Positions 40,301 to 54,143 of a stretch of DNA of 64,000 nucleotides are shown one piece after another. The notes under the pieces are model-generated. The model searched no databases and had not been told where the DNA came from. It was given only the letters and a program-made list of their open reading frames with translations. The stretch is from Lama guanicoe (taxonomy: Eukaryota). The number at the start of each line of letters is the position of its first letter. Within the stretch, counting starts at the first letter, position 1. Position numbers and translations under genes: made by a program. The stretch spans positions 2,764,282-2,828,281 of the forward strand of contig MU054400.1 in the NCBI GenBank assembly GCA_013239625.1, written 5' to 3'.

Positions 40301-41397
40301 GTTGGCATTCATCTCGCTAGTGAAGAGTAGTTGTGGCCATCAGCTTTCTGTTCCTCGTGTTTCCTGATGGAAGTCCACGTATGATACTTATGCCCTAAGT
40401 CCTGATGCATCTTGGTCCTTTGAGACGAAATTTCAAAGTGACCTGAAGAGATCTCATAGGAGGAACTGGGAGAGGAAGGCTTTTCTCTCATCCAGTGTTG
40501 AGAGCCCACAGATTTCCTCTGCAGCCTCCGTCCCTGCATGTAAACTGCTCATATGCCTTCATTCCTCCTATTCGAGCAGTGGATATTTCCAATTTCCAAT
40601 TGACTGAAAAACTACGCTGCCTGGGAATGCAAAGCCAGGTTTTAACTCCAGATTCAAGGTCCCCACTTGGAAGTGTCTCCTCTTATAAATGATCTTCTAA
40701 ATGTCTTTCAACAGCACCCAAAAATCTGGTTATTTAAAAATAGTCATAAACATACTGGGGCCAAAGCTAAAGAGGTTGAAGGTTAAAGCCTTTTTATATG
40801 AGCTGAAAACAATTCTGGAAAATTTAGATCGAGTTTAACAGATATTTGGATCAGCTTTTAAAAGAGAGGAAAATGTGAGTGAAAGCCAGAAACACAGTTA
40901 TAGAAACATCTGTAAGAACAAACTGTTTTCCATAGGCTCCCCCCCAACATACACACTATTTTTTAAAGACAAATAACATTAAAATATTATAACAGCAATG
41001 CATGAATGCCTTCTTGTTGTTCAAAATTTCAAGCACTTTAGAAACACATAGAGCAAAAAAGTAGAGTAGAACTACCTCTTCACCCTCCTCTCCCACTCCC
41101 ACTCCTGGGGATAACCTTCTTTAATCATTCCCAATGATGTAATATCTCAATAATATAACAGTGGAATTTATCAGAAGAAAAGAGTTAGCCTGGATGTTCC
41201 TCTCTTGTCATTTGGAAGCTTTATATAAAGCATTCCCCCTTATGTTCAGGAGGGGAACATCTGCTATCTGAAGGCTCTTACTTGTAGCATCACCATGTAG
41301 GTTATGCCTAAGTGAGGGCAGAACATGCTTATTCCTTGCAGCATTTTGAAAATAGGTCTCAACTTTCAGGAACTGGCTCCATCAGGCAGGACAGGAA

Positions 41398-41416
41398 GCA
41401 GCAGCAGCAGCAGCAG
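41398..41416. repeat. (GCA)6 trinucleotide repeat
   Basis: Read directly. Confidence 0.9.
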
Positions 41417-42149
41417 TGTTTTTCCCATTAACTTTGCAAGTACACTGTCCTCGAGCTTTTAAAATTCGCTGTCTAACGTGGGCATCCCATAAGCCCAGTG
41501 TGATTCAGGGGAGAACTCAGGTTTGCCTGCAATGTAGAAAGTGCAGCTGTATTGTTTAGGGACTTCCCACACTGCTAGTTTCACAAAATGGTAAAGAATC
41601 CCTTAAGAAATTAGATTTTGTGCTTAAGAGTCAGGAGAACTTGTTACCCGCTCCTTGCTCCTCCATAAATCCTGCGGTGAACTCACTTTGACCTCCTCAC
41701 ACGGATCACGGCACACTCTAAAAGGGACTTTTAAAAGTCTGCTACTTTCCTTCTTTTCCCCTCTTTGTTTCTCTCTCTTTTTTTTTTTAACCTTTAAATT
41801 TTCCCCCTGCCATTTTGTCCTTGCACATCTCTGTGCTTCCCAATCCTACATTTTTCCCTCCTTGTTTTGGTTTTCTTCCTCCTCATTCCTAGCATCTGAG
41901 TTTGGTGGACAAGCTTTTCAGAATTTATGAAGAAGACAGATAATAACTTGGCTTACATTCTAACATATGCTCTGATTTTATCCTACTTTATTTTGGGCAA
42001 GCATACTGAATGACTAGGGGAATAAATTTAGCTCTAAATCAGCGGAACTGTCACGTGGTCATTCAGAAGACAGCCTGTTTGAACACTGCACATCCTTCAT
42101 GTTTGTAAGTTGTTAACTCTTAAGTCTTCAAACCAAGGAGTATATAGAA

Positions 42150-42370
42150 ATATAATATTGGAGATTTCCGAATCAGACAAGCTTGAGTTCAAATCCCAGA
42201 TCTCCTACCTGCTAACCATAATTTTGAGCAAATGTTTAAACTCTGTAAATCTTTGATTCCCCTTTGGTAGAGGGAGTAATACCCATCTCTCAAGTGATTT
42301 TAAGAATTAAATCAGTGCTTAGGTTAGTGTCTGGCTCATTGAACTAACTCTACAAGAGGTAGTTATTGTT
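42150..42370 (+). mobile_element. MIR SINE
   Basis: aatcagacaagcttgagttcaaatcccagatctcctacctgctaa. Confidence 0.65.
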
Positions 42371-45074
42371 CAGATTGATGTTGTAGTAATAGTTCCTAGA
42401 GGAAAAGAATATGTGGAGAGTCCTGTCTGAATTTGTACTGAATCAGAATTGAGGAAAAATGTCCCGAATGTATACAGTGTATACAGGTTTATTAGTTGAA
42501 CTTACAGAAAAATTTATAATTTTAGTGTGTCTATATTTTATAGGTACATTTTATGAATATAAAGTTGCTGAAACCTATGCTTATTTTAAGCTTTTCAGCC
42601 TTTAAAGATACTACTTATGAATTAGAGCAAGTTCTTAATTTTAGTGTCCTTTGAACAACTCATCTGTTTAAATTGTTTTGGGATTTATGAGAAATCCATT
42701 TTATTTATGAATTGATTTGGTGTGTAAATCTTACTTGTTTCTTTTGGGAGGGGCATTTACTGTAGCAAAAGGGCAGAAAGAGCAGGCAGGGGTAGGATGA
42801 GGATGGGAGCCATCTTCCCTCAATAACCATCGCTTAAATTTAGAAACTTGGACTCATGGAGCGCCTGTTCTCATGTTCCGTCCTTTCACAAGGGGGGATT
42901 GCAACTGCTAAGATGATTTCTTTTAACAAAATAGGCTTTAATTTCTGATGTATTTACAGCCTGCCAGAGAGAAAGAGAGGGATTCTGGAGAAAATAAATT
43001 CTTCCTCATGCAATTGATTGCCACCTCTATTATAACCACAGACCAAGGTGCTGCATTTCCTGTGAGAGAAGGCAAGGCTTGGGCAGGCAAATGGCCGTGG
43101 AAGATCTTTGTTTTTATCAAGACATCAGCAAAAATAGAATTACGTTGGCTTCTTCTGTGATCACCTAGGGGCTTTAGCGGTCTGAAGATAAAGAGAACGA
43201 GAGAGAGACAGAGAGAGAAAGATCCATTCTAACTCCTCAAGTGTTTCATGAGAGATTAATATCTGAAGGCAGAGGACTCATCTCAGCCCCAACCAGTGAG
43301 AGTGGAAGGAAGGAAGGGGCCGTGAGCTCTGGGTAGGAGTGGTGCAGATTGGGAGGAGGTTGAGAATGGGGTGGTGTTTCTATTCACAATCATGCCTGTC
43401 ACCTTTAGTAGTTCTGGCAAGACTTGAATAGAGTCAACCAGCCAACTGAGTCTTTCCCACACTTACTTTCTGGATCATCTGTAAAAGAAAATTGTATGAC
43501 GACCAGAAATAACAGTGCAGGACCAAAAGGCATCTGAGGGTCTCCTCCAGCTGTAATACCTACCATCCTGTTATAAAGCCATTCAGAAGAGTCACACACT
43601 CCCTAGAAGAGTCCACCATGCACTTTGGGTGATGGCCTTTATCATTTTGGAGTGTAAAGATACAGTCTTTTTTTTTTCCTCCACTGGTTGGAACCAAAAT
43701 CTGTGATTCACGTATGAAATATTGTGTCTGTATGGCCAATACTAAATAATCCTGGGTATATTTTCAAACTTATGGTCCTTTCAAGAAAACATTGCCTCTC
43801 AGTCATAAACAGAAGCTGTTTCCTATGTAGTTGACATTCCCAATAACTGTGTTCACTATGAATTTTCATTAGCCTATGTCCTGGCTGGGGGCACCTGTGG
43901 CATCCCAGCTCGAGAAAAGAGAGGCAGCTCTGCCCAGCTCTCTCTTCCTGGAATGGTGTGGGTTTTTTAGGGAACACATCAACAGCTGGTCTGTTTTCCA
44001 ACTCTTTTGAGTCAAACTTCATGCATGGCTTTATTATTTCGTTTGAAATAAATCTTTGCAACAGTAGATTTCTCCATATTGAAAAGCCCCACGCATTCCA
44101 CAGGCCATCAATAATTCCTGTGTTTATTACATATAGCTATGAGTGAGGACAATTGCAAAGTGATTTCAAATGTACATGGACGTGCATATCCCGTGATGAT
44201 GTATTCCTCACACTACGTCCCAGTTCTCCTGTGATGCTATGATAGGAGGCGGAGGAACAGTCAGATGCCTAGGATATGATGGAGAATGGGGCAGATACCC
44301 GTCTCAGGCACAGACTGTCAGATGTGTGACTTTATTTGTCTGTAGTTCAATGAGATACCTATTTTTTGCCCTTTTTTCACTCAGTGCCAGAAATTTAACC
44401 TCTGCCATTCTGGGTAATCTCAGACAGTTATGGGCAATCACAGAAAATTCGGTATTTATCCCATGGAGTCTGGTTCTCTCGTCTCCATTTGCTCGGGTGG
44501 AGTGAGTGCCTTGGGGATTCAGAAGTGCCACAGCCTGGGGGTGGGGCATGTCTGTAACCACTGGTGGACGTTTCTCCAAGTCAGTGGCTGCTGTGCTGTG
44601 CCCCTTGTCCTCGGCTACCAGTTGGCGCAAGTCTCAGCTGTATGTCTTGTGTTCCTGACCAGGGTCCACCGCCTTCCCACATCGCTCTGCCAGGATGTCC
44701 TTGAAGCTTTGGGGACACAGGAAACCCTGGGAGACTGGCCTGGGCCCTCTCTGCCTAGACCTGGATGTCCTCTCAAAGCTGCCATTGCAGACTTGGGAGT
44801 GGCCTGACTTCTTGCCACTTTTTCAGGTCCTTCCGAAATGATGTACTCGGGGTCCCTCTTTTTTTGAATCTCCAGACTTGACCAGAGGTTCTGGGGTTTC
44901 CCAGCCCCCACATTTAACTGGGGGCATATTGCAGGGTTCCCCCATCCTGCATCTCACTTATTTGTCTTCCCTCCGACTCTTCCTCTTTCCCATGGGGACA
45001 GAAAGACTATGGTGCGCAGTTATTCCTGACTTCATCTTCTTCCAAATTACTTTTTCATGTACGTGAATCTTGTT

Positions 45075-46130
45075 TTTTTCCCTCCAACTTTTTATTATGA
45101 AATCTTCAACATGAAGAAAAGTTGAAAGAATATTACATCTATATACTTAACACCTAGATTCAACCTCTGTTTAACATTTTGCTGTTTGATAATGAGTTGC
45201 TCATATCATGTCACTTCACGCCACCAAACGCTCTAATACCATTATCACTGTGAGCAAGAAAGTTTAAAAGAAAACTCTATAAATATAATGAGGAAAGGAA
45301 TATTATAACTGAACCACTATGCTGTACACCAGAAACTAACACAACATTGTAAACTGACTGTACTTCAATAAATTTTTTTTAAATACTCTGGTCAAAATAT
45401 ACAGGAATCACATTTTGGAAAGCCTCAATATGTGATCATTGATTTTTCTTGGTCAAAAAGGAATTGACAAGTGAAAAACAAAAACAAAAACAAAAACAAA
45501 ACTCCGTAATAGCAGATAATACCTAGTCCATATTCAGATTTCCCCAGTTATTCAGTAATGCCTTTTGTAGCTATTCTTATTTCAAACCAAGATCAACTCA
45601 GAATTCACGCACTGCATTTGGTCATTGTGTTCCTTTGGTCTGTTCCAGTCCAGAATGCTGCCCATTATTTTTTCCCCTCTGGACATTTGACCAAGCAGTT
45701 GTCCTGCAGAATGTTGTTCATTCTGGTGGGACCTGATAGTTCTCTTGTGGGGTTCCTTGTCATTTACCCCATACTTCCTGTGAACTGGAACTTACTTCTG
45801 AAGACTTGATTAGATTCAGGTGAGACGTTTTGGGGACAAAGACATCACAGAAGTGCTGTGCACTTCACATGGTATCACAATTAGAAGCACATAATGTCAG
45901 GTTGATACACTATTACTGTAGGTTTGACCACGTTTTAAAAATGGTGACCACCAGATCCTTTCTTTGTAAATGTAAGTTTACCTTTGCAATTGGTAGGTTG
46001 TTTATAGAGTGATGGTTTGACATCTAGCAAATATCTTCTTCCTGCAAAACTTGAACATAATGGGCTTAGTATTCAGTTCTGATTCTTTTCTGAAATAAAT
46101 ATTTAACTTCTCAGTGTTGCAGAAGGATGT
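45075..46130 (-). mobile_element. Old L1MC-type 3' fragments with a younger + strand L1 tail (~45290-45372) inserted
   Basis: actttttattatgaaa...aagttgaaagaa; tccatattcagatttcccca; insert contains gctgtacaccagaaactaacacaacattgtaaactgactgtacttcaataaa. Confidence 0.65.
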
Positions 46131-46544
46131 TTTTCTAATTAAACCATTCCTTCTACATACTAGCTTTTGTTTAAAAAAAACAAACAAAAAAAGAAATTCT
46201 GGTTTTGACCAAGAATTTTAACTTTTTAGTTTTAGTTCACCTGGATCCTGGATCACCTTTCCTTAAGGCCGTGGATGTTTGGAATCCAGCTCTTACACTG
46301 GGGAGGGTCATGGGGTTACAGAAAAGATTTATAGTCGCAGTATCACTGTATTCAAAATATTATTTTATTTCATAAATTTTTTGTGTGCTTCTCAAAGTCA
46401 GTCGAGCTTCATGGAAATTCTCTATTTTTCCTTTTTATGGTGATTAAAGGTATAATAAACCTAATTGCTTTAGGATTCTCTTCTGCAACTTTGTGGTTGT
46501 TGGTAGAATCAAAGACAATGTGAGCTGCCAGTGAGCTTAGGAAC

Positions 46545-46670
46545 CATCCCGAGCTGTTTATTACAGAGATGAGGACACTGGGGCCCAGAGAACTAAAGCG
46601 ATTTGCCTAAGGTTACACGGCTGGTTTGTGGCAGGTTCATGGCTGGAAGCCAGGCCTCAGGACTACGCCT
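46545..46670 (-). mobile_element. MIR fragment
   Basis: ttacagagatgaggacactggggcccagaga...atttgcctaaggttacac. Confidence 0.7.
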
Positions 46671-47059
46671 TTAATGTTTTATGCTGTGAGATGAAAAAAT
46701 ACTATAAGAATAAACAAATTTTATTTCCACTCCAAATTCATCACTTTAAGCGCTAGTGTGTACTGTTACTGGATGTCCCTAGGAAGTATTGCCACTGGTA
46801 TGTGTTGCCATTGGGCGATACTGTATTTCTCAGAGCTGGGGACATATATCATCAGCAGTAACAAGATGGTTTTAAGATGTGCTCAGGGGTTAACAGCTTT
46901 AATTTTGAGTTTTATATTTATTTTAATATTTTTTAGAAAAAAATATACCTGGCACATCATACTCTTGGTTTCATGACGTCACTGTTTAGGGTAAGGCTTA
47001 AGCTTTAAAAATATGAAATAAAGAAAAATATTAATTGATTTCAATTTTAAAATGATTAT

Positions 47060-47545
47060 TTAATCAGACTATTCTAAGGCACTGGAAATTTAATACTAAA
47101 CAAAGTTTCTGCCTCATGAAGCTTAAACTCTACTGTTGGGGGAGAGACAAAAAACAGAGCAAGATACATAGACGTAATGTATAGCCAATTCCAAATGCTA
47201 TAAATAAAGTGAAACAACATAAGAGGAGGACAGTGAGGGTTGTGTTATTTTTAAATAGTTCAGAAAGGCCTGCTAAGATAACATTTGAGTCAAGAGTCAA
47301 AGGCAGTTTAGGGAGTGAGCATTCTGATATCTGGGGGAGCAGCACTCCAGGCAGAGGGAGCAGCACATGCAAGGGTCAAAGGCTGGGGCGAGCTCCGCTT
47401 GTTGAAAGAACAGCACAGGCCAGTGTGGCTGGAGCAGAGTAGGGGTGGGGTGGGGAGAGTAGTAGGAGGGATCAGAGAGGAGGCAGCAGTGCAGCGTGTA
47501 TAGGGACTTACAGGCCTTCCAAAGACTTTTCTCTGAGTGAAGAGT
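47060..47545 (-). mobile_element. L2 LINE fragment
   Basis: gcactccaggcagagggagcagcacatgcaaggg...ggccagtgtggctggagcagagt. Confidence 0.8.
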
Positions 47546-49880
47546 ACTTGGATAAGGTGTAAGTTGTAAAAGTATATGTAAAGAGCTCAAATGTGGATGA
47601 CACTAATGGATTAATGTATTGAATTGGTGTCTGACAGAAGATGACTGGAGGAAAGGATATTTCTTGGAGATCCGGGTGAGAAGTTCATGACACAAGGGTA
47701 TGGAGAAAATTCCGTGTCAGACTCAAGATCAGCTTCACTTCAGGACCATGATCTCCACCCCCTCCCACCCCCCAGCCTTCAAACACGTATACATGCAGGT
47801 CACACATGCAACACACACTCTGAAATGATGGTTTCTCAAGTTTTTGATTGTCTGCATTCTCCAGCGTTATACACCCATGGGATACTGTGGTTGTTAGTTT
47901 TCACAAGACCATGGCCACTTAGGACCAGAGAGGGATAGGATCTGGGCTTTGAGTTGTGACTTGAGTTTTCTTATATTCCTTCTCACCTGCCCTCTGATTC
48001 CTTTTATGCAGCCAAGTTCACTCGAAGGGCTGGGCCATTACGCTGTAGTTAATTTCATGGCTGATGTCATTGGAGTCAATTCTCTTTTTCTGAGATGTCC
48101 AGTTGCCATTGGGAGAAAAGCACCAACTGTTTGAAAACTCAAATGATGTGTTTTCAAATGAAAATGAGTGAGCAAGGACACGGTGGGAATGCTGCTGTTC
48201 TTCCTCATCATGATGATTTAACATTAAGTAGAGCCATGTCCTCTGCATGGTGTTCCTTTGGCTTGAAAGACAAGGCTAGAGCTTCAAGTCAGGCTGCAAG
48301 TTTTTGAAGCTGTGCATTTCCAGAGCAGAAGAGATCACTTGATCTTCTTGCTTATTATCCTCTCAACAATTTACTAATAATACTTTGCTGTCTTGTGGCC
48401 TGCAACAGTCTTCTTTCTTGAATCACCAAATAGGGGTCGGGGTAGGTGGGATTTAATTATTCTATGACCAGAGCTCCTGAAATGTACTTTTCTATCTCTG
48501 TGCTTCCTCCTCTTCTTATTCTCTCTCTTTGGGGAGCAGTTGATTGATCATCACCTTTGGGAGCGTCCCTCTTCTTCTTTCTTTCCCCAAATCACTGCCC
48601 CTACCCTCTGGCCTGACTGGTGGAGAACAGAACCCTCTCTATCCTTCCCACATAAGACCTGTGCATTGGGTCCTTCCCAAGACTTCATGGTTGTCGTGTA
48701 GATCTTCCTCTTTATGAAGTGCCCAGTAATATGTATTTATTCCAGTCTGTTCTCTTACCCATCACTTAATATGCTTGTAGGTTAGCAAATTCAGAGAAAC
48801 ACATTCAGATATTACCAGCAAAAAAAAAAAAGCATATTTGAAAAGATGCACCTGCCATGTACAGACTTGCATAATGAAAACCTAAAAAGGAAAACAATGA
48901 TCACAGTTTTGGATAATCCCATTCATTGGCACAGATTCTTGGACAGTATTCATTTTGGTTGGACTTCTCAGTTTTCCCTCTGTTCAGCATCTTATACTAC
49001 GTATCAGATTCTTATCAATTCCAAATGTTTTCAATTACAAAACAAGGCGTGGGAAAGCAGAAGACTATAATTAGATGGAATTCTCAGAATTCAGAGAGTG
49101 GGAGAGGCCAAGTCTGAGTAGCTTCATCCTATCATTTTAGCACCAACTCTAGCAAAATGTTTCACCTCAAAATAATAGCTCATTGCAGACACTTCGTAAC
49201 AGTAGTAATGATTGAGAATTTTATTTGAAGACAGTGGTTCTGAGGCCATATCCTCTCCCTTCCTCCCACCCTTTCCACACCCCTGGGTATTTTCCATTCA
49301 TCCTCTGAGCTCCCGTGGTGTTCTGAGAGCTGAAAAGTAGAAAACAGCCCCTGCCCTTTGGTGGCAGCCGTTGTAGTTATTGGCTGTTTGTTTATAATGG
49401 GAACTTGTTAGGTGCAGAAGCCCAAGTTGTCCATTAATCATCAGTGTTATCTGTCTGTTGGGCCTCTCAGAAATTCTTCATGAATTTTATTTTGATGTAT
49501 CTGCTTATAAAGTGTTTGTGCTGATATTGTCGCCTTAAAATATAAATTGCCAAATTATAGACGTTATTGGAAAATTTTGAAAATTTCACAACCCTAACAA
49601 ATTAATGGCATGTGTTATTGTAAAATTTTATTTCATGCTCTTATAGTCATTTATAATCACGTATTAGCTAATTCTCAGGTGACTTTGTGACCCAGTCTAC
49701 CTATTCAGTTGCCGTCTCCATTGAGTCCCTGTGACCTGAAGTCTTAAAGTCAGCTTACCCTTTCTGCAGGGAAGGATACGAAGGTATAGGAAATTACATG
49801 TTTACATTATGGGAATTTATTTGAGTAAAGCAACCTTGAATCTCTGTAGTATAGATCTGTGTTACCCAGATGCATAGATT

Positions 49881-50031
49881 ACACAACTATTTTTTTATTT
49901 AAAAAGTTGTGTGTGTGTGTGTAAGTAATTATGTTGGTTTATTTTATTTGTTAATGGAGGTACTGGGGATTGAACCCAGGACCTCATGCAGGCTAAGCAC
50001 GCTCTACCACTGAGCTATACCCTCCCCCCCC
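49881..50031 (-). mobile_element. tRNA-Ala-derived SINE, Vic-1-like (camelid)
   Basis: Reverse complement reads GGGGAGGGTATAGCTCAGTGGTAGAGCGTGCTTAGCCTGCATGAGGTCCTGGGTTCAATCCCCAGTACCTCCA, then an AT-rich tail, (AC)n and an A-rich end; A box 50007-50017, B box 49967-49976. Confidence 0.85.
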
Positions 50032-50484
50032 TCTTACGTAACTCATTTTAAATAGCATCCCAGGCTCTCTAGCTCTGTGGATGGTTAAATGAATATGCAT
50101 ATGTGAAAGAGCCCAGGAGTTGCTGTTGCCAGTTTTTCTCTCCACATTTGGAGAGTTGGCCACTGCCCTTTTCCAATCGTTTCTCTCTGAGCAGGGTCTG
50201 TCCCCTCTATCAGTGACTGGCACAACTTTCTTCAACAGAAAACCCTAACTGTAATAGGTTGAAGAGCTCATTTTTTTTTTGATGCCTGAGGGCAAACCTT
50301 CAAAATAGAATTTTATACTCCTAGAAAATACTTACTTCAAACTTAGTTTTTGTAAATTACAAGAGAAAAATGAATGCATTTGCAGTGAAATGTACATTAT
50401 TTGGTGATGGAACAACTCCAGTGATTAGAAAGCAGAGTCAGCACAGATATGTGTCCGTGAAATTCTCTTAATTAATCTTGCAGA

Positions 50485-50985
50485 TGTTGTCCCTGCTCTG
50501 CTCAGCTGCCCGCAAACTCCTTTCACTGGTCCTGGGCACTTCCCCTGGCTTCTGTGTACAATCACTCCTCAGGGCTAGCACCTGAGACCTTCTTCAGAGG
50601 GCTAGCCTTGAGCTAGTGGCAGCTCCTCCCCTACCACAGCGCATGCACGTGGCTGAATGTTCAGTACCCTCCATGCTCTTCCCTTAACCCCTTCTTTGCT
50701 GATGACTCATTGGTTTAGGAGCAGAAAGGTAGCTCCTTTGCCTTCAGGCTGGGTTAACTCCGTGGAATAATTTACAAGCTCTCTGTAGGGTCTGTGTAAC
50801 TTATACTCCAGAGCTCCCTGCAGGATCAGGCTGAGGCTGAGACTTCACCTGAAACTGCAGCCGCCCTTGGCTGCTGCTTCTCCCCTTTCCTGCTCCTCGC
50901 TCTCCTGGGAACTCTCTTTTAATAAATCACTTGCCATGAACACTGCTCTCTGGATCTACTTCTGAACAACTGACCCAAGATGACA
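50485..50985 (+). mobile_element. Solo LTR, LTR16-like (ERVL)
   Basis: TG...CA ends; ccagagctccctgcaggatcaggctgaggctgagacttcacctgaaa; AATAAA at 50921 followed by tcacttg. Confidence 0.7.
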
Positions 50986-51139
50986 TTTTCTATAGGAATT
51001 CTAAGAAATTGAATCTGTTACTTGATACTTTTTATCAATGTATTTAAAGCTATTTTTAATCTCTTGTTTGCTCATTTGGGCTATAATCTACAAGTGGAAG
51101 ATCTCAAAATTTAATTAAAAATTTTAAGTGAGGTATGGA

Positions 51140-51360
51140 TTATAGTCACCATTTATTGAGAGAGGCCAATGTGTGCCACTTCCCTGACACATTTTCTTTG
51201 ATTTTCATAATGATCTTGCATTTTAAGGATGAGTTAATTAAAGTCCAGAGACATTTATTATATTAATGTGCCCAAGTCACAGAACTAATAATTGGCAGAA
51301 CCACAATTCAAACCCAAATCTTTCTGGTTTTAATGATTTAGCTTTTTCAACTACTGCCCT
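51140..51360 (-). mobile_element. MIR SINE
   Basis: catttattgagag...gtgcccaagtcacagaactaata...ggcagaaccacaattcaaaccca. Confidence 0.65.
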
Positions 51361-52089
51361 CTTGCCTTGCTGGAGTATTAAAATGTCTACTTCTAGACGC
51401 TGTCAAAGAGGCATTCTGGCATCAAAGTTCATGACTTACTAAAATTGGAGGAGACCGTTTCTTTATTAAGTGATAACAAAATGCATTAGCAAACATGAAA
51501 CTTAATTTCCCAGAATGGGAGTGATTGAAAATGATTTCTAATAAGTGCTTGAGTCAAGCCACATCAATTTGTTGTGTACAGAGAGCTCTTTGTCCAGCTT
51601 ATGACGGAATCTGGGTGGTTCATAGACAGAATTATAGGTAAGGCGAAAACAGGGCATCAGGGATGTGCTTTGGAAGCAGAAGATGGAGTTTCTCTTCCAG
51701 TGCTCCCTCTGGGGTGGTCACGCTGAGTCCTGTGACTGGATTGTACCAGGATGCTGTTTAGAAAATGACTTCCTCAGGCCCCTAAATGGAGCCTAGTGTT
51801 CTGAAAGCCCTAACTCATCTCACAGGAGTTATCAGTCCGTTCCACAGAGAGATCCTGAAAGAAAAAAATGAAGTGATAATGGCAGTGATGGCCATGGTCA
51901 TGGAAATGGACTTCCATCAAGCATCTGCCCTGGGTCCTGTTTGAATTATTCATTACTGACTCAAACCCTACACTTGTAAAAATTTCAGTGAGAACACACA
52001 AAAACGGAATCAGAAACCTTTCCAGGTTCTGCAGAGTGATGCCAGCACTTATTACAAACCATAGCTGTCCTCGCTAAAGTGCTCTTCCT

Positions 52090-52385
52090 CTAACCCTTTG
52101 CCTGATTATTTCTTGCTTGTCTTTTAAAGATGCTGCTCAGGCATCACCTCCTCCAGCAAGGTTTCTCTGATACCCTCACAATGGACAAAGTCCTGTTTTT
52201 GTAGATTTGTATTTATGCCGTGAGTAATCATCCAGAAAAATGTCTTAGCCCATCGCATTGAAAGACTATTCTCACTTGTTAGTCCTCCCATTAACCTAAA
52301 AGCTCTTCAAGGTCAACAATTCTGTTTTGTTATCCCTGTGTCCCTAGGGTTTGGTATACTGCAGGTCAGAGTTAACAGTCAATTT
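52090..52385 (+). mobile_element. L2 3' fragment
   Basis: gctcaggcatcacctcctccagcaaggtttctctga...ttatccctgtgtccctag. Confidence 0.6.
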
Positions 52386-53774
52386 TTTTGACCTGAACCA
52401 GTTTTTTTAAGGACAGAAGAAAGCTCCATGTCTTTTTGGTATACATGATATGTTCTTGCAAATTCTTTCAAAGCCATCCAAGTGACTTGGTCAGAAAAAA
52501 ACACTGAAGAACTACAAGGCAGTGGAAACAGTTGGTCAGGCTTTTGAGGCAAGAAGATCTGGAAGAGTGAGTAACATGAGTTATGTCCAATAGACTGGGA
52601 GAAGCTAGGTAAGCAAGTGCCATCTGAGGGCTACTTGGGGACATGGTTTAAGAGGTAAGAATATGATGGTGGACCATTGGGAAGAGAACACCCTTCTGAA
52701 ATAGTAAAGAATAAAATGAAATTTGCATTTGAAGTCAGATAGGGTAGCAGAAGGAGCATGGACTCAGGCTTGACTCTAAGCCCTTCTAGGTTCTTTTCTG
52801 TTGGCTTAACTTTTCTGAGTTTCTTTTCTTTTTCTTTTTCTTTTTCTTTTTTAATCTGTAAAATGAATATATTAGCACCAACTTCAGAGAGGAATTCTGA
52901 TTTAACGAAAAGATTAATAAGATAGTGCCCAGCAGGTATTATGTGTTCCCTAAAGTTCCATAAACTTCCTGGTGGTCTCTTGTCATTGGCTGAGAGGTTA
53001 CTAGCTGGGAGGGACAGCAATGGGAGAATGAAAGTTTATAACAGTGGACGGACATCTGTTTATGTGTTCTTCCAGTAAACAGCTTACTAAGGGTGTGTAG
53101 TGTACCAGGCACAGAGACTGAAGGTGTGTACATCACTGCTTGCCTTGGAGATGTTTGTAGTCTAGAGGAAGACTGACATCTAAGCAAATGACATAGATAA
53201 TCTAAATAGCCCCACCCAAGAGGGGGCAGATTTATTCTGTTTAGAGAAATCAGAGAGTCCATCACAGGGTTGTCAGCCCTCACGTGGAGTCTGGAAGGAT
53301 GGTGGACGTCACACATGGATGATGGAGGAGGAGGCTCCTGTCACGGCATGAAGGTTCGCAATGGGGTAGTTTGGAGGTTGCTGGAGTGGAAGACAAGATG
53401 GCAGGAGACAATGATGGAGAGACAGACAAGGACCAAAATGCAGAAGGCCTTCCTGCATGCTGTGGAATCCAGATTAGTCCTGCAGTCACAGTGGAGTCAC
53501 TGAATTTAGGGCTCGATAAGGAAGTCATTGAGAGGCTAGGTTAGAACAATTAACTGTGAAGAGTGATCTTGTTTATGTTGACTTGGCTCCTGACGTGACT
53601 TTTTACTTTCTTCCTTGATTTGCTGTTGAAGTTGGAAGTGATTAATAAAGTTGTTCACCTGAGTTATAATAACATTACTAATTTTTAAAGATTTCTGCTC
53701 TCATGATCTTCATATTGTTTCTATGGACTATAAATTGTTGAGTGGTCATGCTTATTAAATAAGTAGTGTGGGGT

Positions 53775-53960
53775 TTGTTCATTCCTTCAGCAATACTTAC
53801 TGAGAGCCTGCTCTGGGCCAGCCGGTGATAGAGCCTGAGGACACATAGAGCCCCTGCCTCGTGGAGCTTCCATTGAAATGAGGGAGAGGACAATAGATTG
53901 ATCAATGTAGAGGGCGTGGGAAGAATGTAGCAGTGCGTGGAGGAGGTGAGGAGAGCCCTG
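53775..53960 (-). mobile_element. L2 3' fragment
   Basis: ttcattccttcagcaatacttactgagagcctgctctgggccag...cccctgcctcgtggagctt. Confidence 0.7.
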
Positions 53961-54143
53961 GCTGGAGGAAGTAATCTCTCTACCTGACTGCTGTGTGGAG
54001 GGCAGGGTGGGGTTCCTTATTTAGCAAACTTGAAATGTTGTTTCTCCGTTGCTGACTTTATTCTTTTTGGATAATAGAGACTCCCTCCCTTTCTGTCTGT
54101 CTCTCACTCACTCAGAATGGCAGCATTAGAACTGCATCTCCTC

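Noticed and set aside
41398..41416. CAG repeat as polyglutamine or expansion locus
   Set aside because: Intronic and only six units.
49955..50028. Functional tRNA-Ala gene
   Set aside because: Two-base deletion and mismatch in the anticodon arm, and a SINE-type AT-rich/A tail instead of a T-run terminator.
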